Source: Vezdaea acicularis (lineage: Eukaryota). Taken from it: a stretch of 40,080 nucleotides of DNA. The translations under genes and the position numbers were made by a program. The first letter of the stretch is position 1. Every line of letters begins with the position of its first letter. Positions 11,584 to 21,143 of the stretch are shown one piece after another. Under the pieces are notes generated by a model. It ran no database searches. It saw only the letters and a program-made list of their open reading frames with translations, and was not told the DNA's origin. Location of the stretch: the NCBI GenBank assembly GCA_026025075.1, contig JAPEUI010000136.1, positions 1 through 40,080 of the forward strand, written 5' to 3'.

Positions 11584-11660
11584 CGTTAGACTTTAGTTCG
11601 AGTGGAAGTTACTTAAAGTGGAGGTTAGTGAGATGAAGTTGGTTGAAGTGGGGTGAAATG

Positions 11661-11771
11661 GGGTGTGGTGAAGTGAGTTGGGTGAGGTGAAGTGAGCTGG
11701 GTGAGGTGAAGTGAGCTGGGTGAGGTGAAGTGAGCTGGGTGAGGTGAAGTGAGTTGGGTGAGGTGAAGTGA
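11661..11771. repeat. 19-bp tandem repeat (gggtgaggtgaagtgagYt) x~6, just upstream of the 634-aa gene
   Basis: Directly visible. Confidence 0.95.
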
Positions 11772-11980
11772 AGCTATGAAGAGTAATAGGGTTTAGGGCT
11801 ATACGGCAGCGGTTTATGGTGCCACGTATAGGATATATAAATGAAGTAAATTAAGCCTACAGGAAGAAAAGTAATGGCACAGTTAGCACTGTGTATTTCT
11901 GGAATTGCAACCCAATCCCTACAGTCCGCGAATGCCCAAGCGGCGATGGTTGCTCCAGAGAGAAGAATTCTGCCACCTTC

Positions 11981-12048
11981 AACGAGTGGAAGAGCGAACG
12001 AGTGGAAGAGCGAACGAGTGGAAGAGCGAACGAGTGGAAGAGCGAACG
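11981..12048. repeat. 16-bp tandem repeat (aacgagtggaagagcg) x4
   Basis: Directly visible. Confidence 0.95.
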
Positions 12049-12097
12049 TGTGGCTCTTGGTTTGAACACTAAGTACGACTCCTTTGCGAGAGCAACC

Positions 12098-13010
12098 GCA
12101 GAAGTAAAACTTTGTATTGAATAGGCCCTGCGTTACTAGCGCCACATCGTTATTCGTACGCATGTGGTTTTGCACATTGGCCCGAAACTATTCCATCTTG
12201 TTGACCTCATCAATGGCGGGCTCCGCATTCTCTGGCGGAAGAATTAGCCTCACGTTGTCAGGTTTTTTCTTATCTTCAATTCTGTTACGGTAACCTCTTC
12301 AGTAGGTTTGCCCATCTAGGGACAGCAATGACATAGAAGCCTTAAAAAGCTGAAAAGGGAACATCTCCTTGACAATATCCCTTACTTTCGAGGTTTTGGG
12401 GGAGGTTTGTGGGAGAGAGATATCCAGTATCAATCGATATCACCATGTCTGGCTCTCCACTTGATGGCCAGATCTTTCGACGCTTACCAAGTGCTGTTCC
12501 AAGCGGACTTTTTTGCTTCACTCCCCTGTCTTGGAGTGGAGCAAATGTCGGGAAATATTTGGGAGTGAAGAATCTTTCCAACCAACATGTTTGTAGGACG
12601 TTTGATGAAGAAAAATGCGTACCCTGGCGCTGCGGTAACACACCCAGCACTATTTACGGTCAGCTTTGTCCATTCAGCTAAGAGTCAGATCAATTTACGC
12701 TTCCCAGACCAATACTTCGTCCGCAAATTTTTTGGTGATCTCAGATGCTTGTAATGAGTTTGCAAACTTAGAATTTAAAGGTTAAATTTCCACATACCGT
12801 CCGAACCGTTGTCTATATGAGGATCCAAATCGTTATCTCCATGGCCGTTGTAATGAGACATATTGTTGCATCAGTAACTTTTGAAGCATAATTGCCAAGA
12901 CGAAGTTACCCTCCGATCTACTTGCGTATCTGGTGACTCCACCAGGAGTAAGTCATCCCTTAGTTTTGATATGCAATATGCCTGAGTTTCGGCGGTTGAA
13001 AAAGTCCTCT
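12098..13010 (-). pseudogene. Degenerate fragment of a patatin-like phospholipase (C-terminal half of the PNPLA domain)
   Basis: Hand translation gives SHYNG, EVLVWEA|AGCVTAAP|, FFTPK..LQDRGV...IWP..EPDMVISIDTG and SLDGQTY*...VRLILP...EPAIDEV...ME*...LFNTKFYF. These are colinear with the intact PLP and share its micro-exon. Stops lie at 12301-12299 and 12190-12188, with a frameshift near 12360. Confidence 0.82.
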
Positions 13011-13269
13011 CTTCCTCTCGGCTGCTGGGTTGATCCTGTGGCATCCCGGCTCCCACTCCGTCGTCCTCTCCTTTGAGGAGCAAGTCAATCTACCAGCCTC
13101 TTCTCCGCCCTTTTTGCCTTTGTCTGCTCTACCTCGCTAGCCTTATCTTCTCCACCCTGCGTCCACCTGCGGCCGCCATGACACCTGCCGCCCCGCCCCG
13201 GTCATTGTTCGTTCTCGGTGAGGAAGTTTTGGAGTGATCTGTTTCTTTAGATACGATTATAACAGCCTT

Positions 13270-13309
13270 CCCCCCCCCCCCCCCCCCCCCCTCCCCCCCC
13301 CCCCCCCCC
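13270..13309. repeat. Poly-C tract (40 nt, one T interruption)
   Basis: Directly visible. Confidence 0.95.
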
Positions 13310-13665
13310 TCCGCGCCTTGCGGCCTGTGCCGTGCAACATGCCTGCACTTCGACAGCGACCGTAGTCGTCCCTTCTCGTGGGAACTGTAAAGACCCTTAT
13401 GTTGGTAGCCAGGTCCTGCTCAGCTACCGTCGACTCCCAGCTGTCAGTGAGTTCCTTCCGCAGCTTCAAAACATGATAGCAGCAACACAGCAAATCTAGT
13501 GCAATATCAGCTTATTTCCTGGAGTTCATCTAATAGAAGCGTAACTGATGCCTTCAATCTCCCTTTGAAGCGCGCTACGGCAGCTCAAGTGTCTTAAAAC
13601 GTGCGTTGTGGCAGCTTAATTGTCGGTATCGCAAGTGAACTTGATGGTGGTTTAATTGGGACCCG

Positions 13666-13697
13666 TGCTAACATTCTTTACGGCCTGTACCTCCGTA
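13666..13697. repeat. Solo copy of the MITE-like terminal arm
   Basis: tgctaacattctttacggcctgtacctccgta matches 4455-4486 at 29 of 32 positions. Confidence 0.7.
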
Positions 13698-13989
13698 TGC
13701 GTATGGGTCGCTGCTTTACAAAATCGGCCTCTCGCTAGAACTTTGCCGCAGTCGTGCATTGGCAGCTGGCCCTGTCCAAATCAAAGCAGCGAGAGAAAAC
13801 ATATCCCCCGTACGGAGTAAGTTACCGACATAGCCGGCACACAGGGGGCCAGATCAATGCCTTGACACGTGATCGATTTACCCTCCCCTTAATCATTATT
13901 CACCAATCCCTAAAAGAACATTCAACTCAAAAGTTTTGATCAGTGAAAACTTGAGGAGCCCATGAATAGCGCAGGTGTTCCTTCCTCTT

Positions 13990-14410
13990 GGCGTTTCCCT
14001 TGCCGGCGTCTACTTGAACATCTCCCTCGCGGGCAATCTCCTTGTGGGCATCTCCCTTACGGGCATCTCCCTTACGGGCGTCTCTCTTGCGGGCATCTCC
14101 CTTATGAGCATCTCCGTAATGGGCATTGCCCCCAAAGAAAATTTTCTCATGGGTATCTTCCTTGTGGAGGTCGCTACTACGGAATTTTACCCTTTGAGAA
14201 TCTCCCTTGCGGCTGGTTTCCCCATGGGATTATTCCTTGCGGGCAGCTTCCGGGCGAATTTCTTCCCCGCGGCTCTCTTCCTTGTGGATACCTCTCCTAC
14301 GTGCCTCTTCCTTATGGGTGTCTCCCCTAAGGGTCTCTCCCCTAGAGATTTCTTCCTTGTGTTTACTTCTCCTACGGGCATCTTCCTTTTCTGTATCTCC
14401 CCTATGGACA
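13990..14410. repeat. Diverged 15-bp tandem array (~28 units; consensus catctcccttRYggg)
   Basis: Five-residue periodicity is evident in three frames (HLPYG, ISLxG, minus-strand MPxRE). Confidence 0.85.
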
Positions 14411-14503
14411 TCACTGGGGCCTTGAGTTGTCGGTTAGTCATATGGACAACCTACCATGTTCCCTTATACGCTCTTTCTAATGGCAAACTGCTTAGTACGA
14501 TAT

Positions 14504-15485
14504 CCTCACATTGGCGTTCAGGCGACTCCTAGGGCGCTCTCCTCCCTCGACGCATTGAGCAACCCTGAGGCGTTTCCTCCTCGCATTGGCGTTCAGGCGA
14601 CTCCCAGGGCGCTCTCCTCCCTCGACGCATTGAGCAACCCTGAGGCGTTTCCTCCTCGCATTGGCGTTCAGGCGACTCCCAGGGCGCTCTCCTCCCTCGA
14701 CGCATTGAGCAACCCTGAGGCGTTTCCTCCTCGCATTGGCGTTCAGGCGACTCCCAGGGCGCTCTCCTCCCTCGACGCATTGAGCAACCCCTGAGGCGTT
14801 TCCTCCTCGCATTGGCGTTCAGGCGACTCCCAGGGCGCTCTCCTCCCTCGACGCATTGAGCAACCCTGAGGCGTTTCCTCCTCACATTGGCGTTCAGGCG
14901 ACTCCCAGGGCCCTCTCCTCCCTCGACGCATTGAGCAACCCTGAGGCGTTTCCTCCTCGCATTGGCGTTCAGGCGACTCCCAGGGCGCTCTCCTTCCTCG
15001 ACGCATTGAGCAACCCTGAGGCGTTTCCTCCTCGCATTGGCGTTCAGGCGACTCCCAGGGCGCTCTCCTCCCTCGACGCATTGAGCAACCCTGAGGCGTT
15101 TCCTCCTCACATTGGCGTTCAGGCGACTCCCAGGGCGCTCTCCTCCCTCGACGCATTGAGCAACCCTGAGGCGTTTCCTCCTCGCATTGGCGTTCAGGCA
15201 ACTCCCAGGGCGCTCTCCTCCCTCGACGCATTGAGCAACCCCTGAGGCGTTTCCTCCTCGCATTGGCGTTCAGGCAACTCCCAGGGCGCTCTCCTCCCTC
15301 GACGCATTGAGCAACCCCTGGGCGTTTCCTCCTCCCTCGACGCATTGAGCAACTCCTGAGGCGTTTCCTCCTCGCATTGGCGTTCAGGCGACTCCCAGGG
15401 CCCTCTCCTTCCTCGACGCATTGAGCAACCCTGAGGCGTTTCCTCCTCGCATTGGCGTTCAGGCGACTCCCAGGGCGCCCTCCTC
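14504..15485. repeat. 75-bp GC-rich minisatellite, ~13 near-identical units
   Basis: Unit cctcgcattggcgttcaggcgactcccagggcgctctcctccctcgacgcattgagcaaccctgaggcgtttcct. Single-C insertions occur near 14790 and 15241, and one unit near 15320 is truncated. Confidence 0.98.
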
Positions 15486-15500
15486 TCTTTATGCGAGTGG

Positions 15501-15510
15501 ATATATAAAC
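15501..15510 (+). promoter_or_regulatory. Putative TATA box
   Basis: atatataaac about 165 nt upstream of the ATG at 15673. Confidence 0.45.
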
Positions 15511-15672
15511 GCATATTCCTCCCCGAAGACATCTGCATTGCCCATCACACTGCACGAGTCCTCTGCCTTCAATATTTTGCTTGGCTATCTGTCATCCACA
15601 TTTATATTCAACGTATTATATCCTACAGACAACCTCGTATTCATTACAATATATACGCAATCCTTCAAAACA

Positions 15673-16758
15673 ATGGGTCGTATCGAGCCAAGTCAACAAC
15701 AGCTTTGTTCTCAGACAGATGGTCTGACCACCAAAATCTTTACCTCTGCCCTTTTGCCTCCTCTCTGCGAAGATTCCGAAGATTCCGACGGTGGCGTGCT
15801 TACGGACAGCGCCACAAGTAGCATGAAAAGACCACCCTTTGCTGCCCAAAACTTTAATGATCGCACTGCGGTGAGCAACTCCAAAAAGCGGCTCGCTGTC
15901 GTGGAAGGCAAATACGACGACAACGACGACAACGACCATGACGACCATGACGACAATGACGACAGCGATACTACAAAGAGTGCCACTGCCGGCGGCGTCA
16001 AGAAATGTTCTGTTGCCAACGTCATTCGAAAGAAACGGAGTAGAGACGGCTCCTCCAAAAAGCGGCTCGCTGTCGTGGAAGGCAAATACGACGACAACGA
16101 CGACAACGACGACAACGACCATGACGACCATGACGACAACGACGACAGCGATACTACAAAGAGTGCCACTGCCGGCGGCGTCAAGAAATGTTCTGTTGCC
16201 AACGTCATTCGAAAGAAACGGAGTAGAGACGGCTCCTCCAAAGAGCGGCTCGCTGTCGTGGAAGGTAAATGCGACGACAACGACGACAACGACGACAGCG
16301 ATACTACAAAGAGTGCCACTGTCGGCGGCGTCAAGAAGTGTTCTGTTGCCAACGTCAATCGAAAGAAACGGAGTAGAGACGGCTCCTCCAAAGAGCGGGC
16401 CGTGGTCATCGAAGATAGTGACAACGACAACCACCACAACGATATTGTGAACAGCCCTAAAAAATCTGCTGCGGTCATCAAAGATGTTAAAGGTGGTGCC
16501 CACGCTGCCGGCGTCAAGGAACGTCCTGTCATCGACATCAATCATAAAAAACGGGTTAGAGCGAACACAGATCCTGAAGATGCAATCAGTCCATATAGGG
16601 AAAATAAGAGAGTCAAGGGTCAACATGAAGCGCTTTCAGTCGAGGATGATCAGAACGACGTTTTGATGTTCATCAGACATGCACAAGTGGCACTGTGCAG
16701 GGCCAAACAAAAAATGAAAGTATCGATCCGCCATCAGAATCTGGATATGGAGATTTAA
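15673..16758 (+). CDS. Hypothetical 361-aa low-complexity protein with alternating acidic and basic repeats
   Basis: ATG in aaaacaATG context within ORF 15421-16758. Three 50-61 aa repeats carry D/N/H tracts and RKKRSR motifs. Confidence 0.72.
   Translation: MGRIEPSQQQLCSQTDGLTTKIFTSALLPPLCEDSEDSDGGVLTDSATSSMKRPPFAAQNFNDRTAVSNSKKRLAVVEGKYDDNDDNDHDDHDDNDDSDTTKSATAGGVKKCSVANVIRKKRSRDGSSKKRLAVVEGKYDDNDDNDDNDHDDHDDNDDSDTTKSATAGGVKKCSVANVIRKKRSRDGSSKERLAVVEGKCDDNDDNDDSDTTKSATVGGVKKCSVANVNRKKRSRDGSSKERAVVIEDSDNDNHHNDIVNSPKKSAAVIKDVKGGAHAAGVKERPVIDINHKKRVRANTDPEDAISPYRENKRVKGQHEALSVEDDQNDVLMFIRHAQVALCRAKQKMKVSIRHQNLDMEI
15880..16410 (+). repeat. Coding repeat x3+ (174, 183, 150 bp) with a nested variable 9-bp microsatellite
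   Basis: Units start at 15880, 16054, 16237 and 16387; the length differences come mainly from (gacgacaac/gacgaccat)n. Confidence 0.93.
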
Positions 16759-17285
16759 TTGCGTTGACAGAAGATGCTTAGCTTACGAGATAGTCTCTAT
16801 ATAATTGAAAACTAAAAAATGATATCCCAACATCTCTCCAACCCCCATTTATGTTTTTGGGCTACGTGACATTTGCACAACGCAGGCTGTCTGTAGTCTT
16901 ATTTACAGGTTGAGCAGATTTGTGACGAGCGTCATCCCCTTGATGCACGCGGCCCCCACAGGCCTTGCTAGAACAAGTAGTAGAGATTACACTATTTTTG
17001 TACTACCGACAATACACACATGTATCATACAGTACCGGGCAAGTCTTCCTTAACTCTTTTTCTGTATTGCTGCGATATAGCTGCAGAGCAAATGCTAGCC
17101 GTCTTTAAGCTCAGCTCCCTCTGCCACTGCCGCCGCCACCGCCGCCACCGCCCCTGTAGTCGCGTTGTTCACGCTGGTAAAGGGTCCTATGCAAATGAAT
17201 GTGTCTTCTGATTTGCTCCTACTTATCTGCGCCTGCGGGATAAGAGGGCGGGCAAGAGAAAGTTCCAAACCTCGCGCTAGGTACC

Positions 17286-20200
17286 TTAAGTTCTTCTGTA
17301 TAAGAATCGAACATGTTCCTCCCGTACATGTTGACGTACCGATGTACCTTGCCATCCACAGACGCAATTGGGGTTGCGGAAAAAGTTGGAGGCCAAATAT
17401 ATCTTCCATAGTTCCCGAGCTTGGGCAACAAACTCATGGCGCTTCACGGTTTCCAGCTCGCTTTGTATGCCGATCCATCCTCTCAACGCTGCCGACCTAA
17501 TCTCTTCACGCTCGTCTGCGAACGCGTGCTTGAGGAATTTTAGATAAAGGTTCAGATTGATGTCAACTTCGCCATCCAATGCCGTCTTCAATTCGTCAGA
17601 GAGACAACGAGCGCTAATTACGCCACTCTGGAGAACTTTGAAAAGGATGCCGACCAAGACTCCTCCTTCTGACGTAATTGTAGAGTGTAGACTGCCTTCG
17701 GGAATATAGAGGCAATGAGAGCTATCTGTCCGGCACAGTATAGCACCTTCGAGCTGATCACATACCTGTCCTAGCCGATTCTTTTGTCCTGAGACGCTCC
17801 TGTAGACTTCACGATTTTTGGGAGTGGGAGGCCACATCATAAAGATCTTAGTCCCAGAAGCTGTATAAGATATACCGGCCTGGCCATGGTCTAGTTGCTC
17901 ATTCAGCGCTACTTCTGATGGGAAAGGATGATCTTACCAACGTGAAAGTCAACTACAGAGCCTTTCGGCACCACATTGGCTCCCCAGCCCACCCAATCAT
18001 CCAGAGGTGTCATAAACTGATGTAAGGAATCCGGAAATTTCATTAAAATATTATCAGGAAGCGTTGGTCTGAAATTAATCGCATAGGTTGGATCGTCTAG
18101 GCTGGGCCTCTCAATCTGTTCAAAAGCATTTCTTACATCTCCCTGCTCACCTCGCCAATAGGCTTCTCCTACATCTTTGATCAGACGTTATTCCTGGTTG
18201 TATGTATGACAAACTCACCGTCTTCTGCACACAGTTTACATGCATTGTATATTTCTTCCGGCAGAGGAGGGCGAGGTACAAAGCAGGACGTCGGAGAGAG
18301 AAGCCTTGGTGGAGAAGTTGTGCAACTCTTCCATAGAGCCTGTTGCTCTGTAGGCAAAGGTAGCAAAGGTAGCAAAGGTAGCCAGCCAGTATTGCAGATT
18401 GCCTGACGCAAGTCTTCGTTTTTGGATGTGAGCACGTCACACATCTCTTTCTTTAGACCGCTGACTTCTCGTTGAAGATAATAAGAATCCGCACCGAAGG
18501 CTTTCATTTCAATATTCACCATCATGGGGTAGGTTGCCGTATACGCATCCGTTAATCCATTTCTCACCTTGGTGACAAGTTTCCAGGCTTCCAATTCATC
18601 ATCTCCAAGTAAAATATACAGTTGTTGGAGGACTTCTGGGTCGTCCCAGGGTCGTTGTCCAGTTATAGCATCCCCCAATGCATAAACGCTCGGTAGACGG
18701 ACAGCTCCGGGAAATCGGCCTTGCGGAATGGCATGCTTTGGAGCTTGCCCTGTGACTTCCTTTATAGGAATCTCAAGATTGCGATGACATGCTGCAATCT
18801 GAAGCCTGTTTAATGCATTTGGCGTGTCTGAGATTGTCGAAGTGTCAGCGGCAGCAACAATAAACCAAGGAAAAATGGTTCTCCGCTGACGATTAGACAA
18901 GGGAGTTGACCCATGAATTATGTCTGGTCGCGTGAAACGGACGTCGAAAGCATTGCATGGTTGTGGAATAGGACACCCCCATTTAAGTTGATCGACTAAA
19001 GTATACGATTTAAGGCAGTTTGTTGTCTGCCCAGCACGATTGTCTCCGCGTTCACAAAGCTTTTTATGCCATTCTCTTATATGCTTATGGAAGCCAGGAA
19101 CTATTACCGTGCATCCGTGCTCATCTTCATTACGCAGCGAGATGGAAGTGCCAATGAGATTTGCTCCGATGCCATGGTCAATAAAGTTTTTCAAATTTAT
19201 ATCCAAATGCAAGAACTCAGTGTTCTCGCCGTTCTCGGTATTCTTGGTGATATACGGATACGATATCAAGTTCCACGCTTTGTCGGGTCTCGCTGCAACA
19301 CTCAGGGCGTACCAGACAGGGTCCTGCCGGACAAGCTGCTGAATCAAGCTGTAGAACATATTACGCATCCATCCTTGTCGGGATTTGCTCGGAGGGATCC
19401 AAAGATGATGTTCATACAGTTCAAATTCACCGTCGATCATCTCGCAAATGTTTTCTTGTTCAAGGTAACGGAACATGCCTGATGCAACGATCGATCCATC
19501 CTCTTGCCAAATGTTCCATGCGTCGGGGTTGATGTACCTTGCAAAAATGGTCTTTTCGTTGAAGACAAAGATGGGCGAGGGGACTGCAGCGTATCTATAG
19601 ATACCTCTTTCATCCTGAAGAGTACGAGGACGACTGTTCATCCTAAACCACCATGGCTCACGCCTCTTTAAGAGCTTCAGATCTGACATGCTTATGCGTT
19701 TCAGACGTTTTCCAAGCTCTCGATTTGAAATGTTATTGCACAATCCTAGATTTTTCGCAACGGCGCGCAAGTGCAGTCGGCATGCTTGAGTATAGTTGCT
19801 GTCATCAACAGTAGATAACTGACTGAGAAGGTCCTTTTCCGTTTGGAACGTTCGGGCCAAGCTACGCATCTGCTTTGTGCAGGTGCATGCCTCCTCTTCC
19901 ATTTCACACTCGTTGTCAAAACCTATCGCATCGTTCATCTGACTATCCGCAATGTTTTGATGTCCTTCTACGTCCTTGGCTATCTCACTATATGCTTCCT
20001 CATCCTCGTTGCTTTGTCCTGCGCAAGCTATATCGCTGATATTGTCGTTATCAAGATCCACGTTTGTGCCTTCTTCTGTATCAATTGAACTATGTTCTTC
20101 ATTCTCTCTATTCTCTTGACTTGTATTACTGGTGCTTCTTTGATCACTTTCACTACTTTCGCTATCCAACGTCCCTTGATCCACCATAGCTTGATCCACT

Positions 20201-20796
20201 ATGTCTTGATCTTCGTGTTCAAGGCTTTCGTTGGCTATTTGAAGCTCATATGTTGGCCCCACAGTTCGTGCCAATTTTGCTGCTCTGCACGCGGCTGTAA
20301 CATCTTGCAAGACGACATATTGGTACTTCCTGCTGCCCTTTGAAGTAAGTCGGCTGGCTATAGCCTTCTTAAGTAGCTCAACCGCCTCAGCTTGGCTTTT
20401 GAAAGAACTGAGTTCACGCAAGCCTTGAAGCAGGTGCCTCCCATATGTGGGCGGAGTGAGCTGTTGAGGGAGAATAGATCGACTATCACAACCCCAGACC
20501 TTGGTTATAGCTCTAATGTTTGATGCTATTCTCTTCTCGTTAGCTTCATGTTGGTCAATGTATTCACGGAAACCATCCTTGGCGATTAGAAAGTCGTTGT
20601 ATGAATCATATGAAGTCTTCCAAAGGTTTTTCAGTTCAATGATCTGGCATGCGACAGCGACTTCTTCCACAGCGCTATCGGCTTGGTTAGCACAGTCGAC
20701 GATGATGTCCCAAAGGTAATGAAACTGCTGCACAGGCGTTCCAGTCAGCTTCTGCGAGAGCCGATCAGCTACAGATTCTCCGGAGATTCCACTCAT
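17286..20796 (-). CDS. ~1137-aa protein with PhyH-like and JmjC-like 2OG-Fe(II) dioxygenase domains; join(20796..18219,18168..17938,17890..17286)
   Basis: Two canonical introns (GTGAGT..TAG, GTAAGA..TAG) join all segments in frame. Domain 1: FLHLDINL..SISL..CTVIVPGFH..DVRFTRPDIIHGS. Domain 2: NVVPKGSVVDFHVD..KIFMMWPPT..N..LYIPEGSLHSTIT. An alternative upstream ATG lies at 20847. Confidence 0.82.
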
Positions 20797-21143
20797 CACA
20801 CAATGTAGCCTCAGGTGATGAGAGATGGAGAATAATGCGAAAATCATTTTGATGCGTTCAAGCTAAGTACAACAGCGCAGATGCAGCTTGGCGCAGATGA
20901 GTCAGCATATGGGACATTCTACATGTCCCACATGCTGACTCATCCGACTTCAACTAAGCCACATCTGGGAACTCAAGGTAATACAGGTACCTGCCAAGCC
21001 TGCAGCAGGCGGTCATCTCTGTGGCTTGCATAGGTGCGTGCTAAGACATACACGCTCCTTGTATACGCTGCAATTAGCCACCACTTGCTATCATCCTGTT
21101 ATACATGGGTTAGGGCTTTCTTTCTGCCCAAAGCTACTCCATA

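Noticed and set aside
11661..11771. Telomere-like G-rich repeat
   Set aside because: The 19-bp unit contains no TTAGGG and is internal.
14456..15555. Long ORFs on both strands across the 75-bp array, and the 15421 TTG start
   Set aside because: These arise from a stop-free unit whose length is a multiple of 3. The array has frameshifting insertions, and a TATA plus good ATG at 15673 explain the downstream gene.
15616..16626. 336-aa and 276-aa antisense ORFs
   Set aside because: Shadows of the low-complexity + strand gene (poly-Val, poly-Ser).
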